A stretch of DNA of 63,260 nucleotides, filler included, from Hyphochytrium catenoides (Eukaryota; Protista; Hyphochytriomycota): assembly GCA_900088475.1 (NCBI GenBank). It is 7 parts of 7 records of this genome, joined end to end, with 100 filler letters (N's around TTAATTAATTAA, not from the genome) between each part and the next. Parts side by side here need not be neighbours in the genome. Positions count along the whole stretch, not along the records: positions 62,177 to 63,260 come from FLMG01002152.1; 6 more parts are not named here. One strand, given 5' to 3'. The translations under genes were made by a program, and so were the position numbers. This document shows, in pieces, positions 62,077 through 63,260 of the stretch (its first letter is position 1; the number at the start of each line of letters is the position of its first letter). A model generated the notes under the pieces. That model was not told the DNA's origin. It did no database searches and saw only the letters and a program-made list of their open reading frames with translations.

Positions 62077-63079
62077 NNNNNNNNNNNNNNNNNNNNNNNN
62101 NNNNNNNNNNNNNNNNNNNNTTAATTAATTAANNNNNNNNNNNNNNNNNNNNNNNNNNNNNNNNNNNNNNNNNNNNAGAACGAAAACAGTCCTAGGATTT
62201 AGGACTAAAATATCTGGGGCTAACTCATTGGCTGTGTCTGCTGCTCTAGGGCAGTGATGTCTTCTGATACCTCCAAATCAATGCTAGGCGAGGTTTGGCC
62301 AGGCTTAACAACCAATAAGTCGAGAGGAGAGACGCTAGAGTTGTCATCATTGGTGATTATTACCTACCCCACCATTCACGACTATCTCATAAATAAGAAT
62401 GGACGCCTCTGTTCTAGCGTCATTTTTGTGAGCGTGGGACACAGCTGCTCCTCATCAGTTCCAGCGCTTTCTGCTACTAACCTTTCACGAGGGCTTGCTT
62501 CTTGCTATATCTCGAGGGATATAGAACTAGTTCTTGCAGAAAAGAGAGTTATCCTTGCTGACAGAAGTAAGGAGTAGCAATTACTACTTCTGCATTGGAA
62601 CGATGCTTGTCTGCTGCCTGTTATCGAGCCCAATCCCACGAAACTAGATCAGGACGCCCTTTCTTATTAGCCATCGTTCAGCGTCTTTGGGGCAAGACGT
62701 CCTCATTCCTTAGGACTAGCCCGAAGAGCTACCATCAATCCCGTTTATAATCCATTGTGTCTTTTATGTATTGTTCTCTTCTCTGTTTGGGCATTCTTCC
62801 TTGAGCTTTTCTTCAGCATGCCGTCTTGGCGCTGCTGACCACCGTCCTTGTTCGGAAAGAAACGAGGTGTGCTAACCTAGGTCTATAGTGCCCACATATC
62901 CAAGAAAGATCGTAAGACGGAATCACTCTGAAGGGCTCCTCAGGTGGAAGAACGTTAGGGAGGTTTTGAAATGAACAAACTATTAGTTAGCTTAGTACTG
63001 AACGACAGACCAACGGTGGGATGGGGCCTCTAGAGATTGGGGAAGGACTGTCTAAGGGAAATAAGGTGTTGACGGAGTC

Positions 63080-63260
63080 CTAGAAGATCCCCACAATGCC
63101 TTTCCTTTCCAACTCTGTCAGGTCGTCGTCAATGAGCCCAAGCAGCTCCCCCAACACCTGGGCAGTGTGCTCCCCATGCCGTGGCGGAGGGAGCACGTAG
63201 GAAATGGGGTGACCAGAGAACTTGACAGGGTTTCCTATAAAGTTGAGCTCCTTACCACCT
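63080..63260 (-). CDS. C-terminus of a class III CoA-transferase (CaiB/BaiF family); runs off the window and is absent from the ORF track
   Basis: GNPVKFSGHPISYVLPPPRHGEHTAQVLGELLGLIDDDLTELERKGIVGIF-TAG matches the family tail P..FS......PPP.LGEHT..VL.ELLG......L...G.V. Confidence 0.8.
   Translation of the reverse strand, partial: GGKELNFIGNPVKFSGHPISYVLPPPRHGEHTAQVLGELLGLIDDDLTELERKGIVGIF

Noticed and set aside
29421-62176. Regularly recurring TTAATTAATTAA as a biological repeat
   Set aside because: It is always centred in 44+44 Ns, so it is an artificial six-frame-stop scaffold linker. Neighbourhood across these points is meaningless.
62177-62900. Coding region for the 62254-62577 ORF or its antisense
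   Set aside because: No recognisable motif, and the antisense frames are interrupted by stops.

Overview
Eukaryotic nuclear DNA, most likely a stramenopile (ochrophyte-type CK1 N-terminus, compact multi-exon genes, CT-rich GT-AG introns with CTAAC/CTGAC branch sites). The window is not one locus. Six artificial 100-nt linkers (N44-TTAATTAATTAA-N44) join seven separate scaffolds: 1-29420, 29521-35062, 35163-37498, 37599-52966, 53067-56392, 56493-62076 and 62177-63260. Most track ORFs are single exons or noise, so genes were rebuilt by hand across splice sites. Genes found: a Pro-rich/3xC2/multi-EF-hand protein, casein kinase 1, a folate-receptor-family membrane protein, a SHAQKYF MYB factor, a Trf4-like poly(A) polymerase, a BRAWNIN/UQCC6-like microprotein, a membrane-anchored cystatin, a Vti1 SNARE, a PAS-domain fragment, RBBP5/Swd1, SIN3, a small 2-TM orphan, a stand-alone RFTS + UBZ-finger protein, a kinesin-7-like fragment, a secreted-protein N-terminus and the C-terminus of a class III CoA-transferase. 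Also present are a decayed Ulp1 protease, a decayed CRE-like non-LTR retrotransposon and three tRNA-derived elements. The best novelty candidates are the methyltransferase-less RFTS-UBZ protein, a CCA-bearing retro-copied tRNA-Gly, a tandem pair of tRNA-Ala-like Pol III/SINE elements and the TM-anchored cystatin. All family calls come from motif recognition; no database searches were run.
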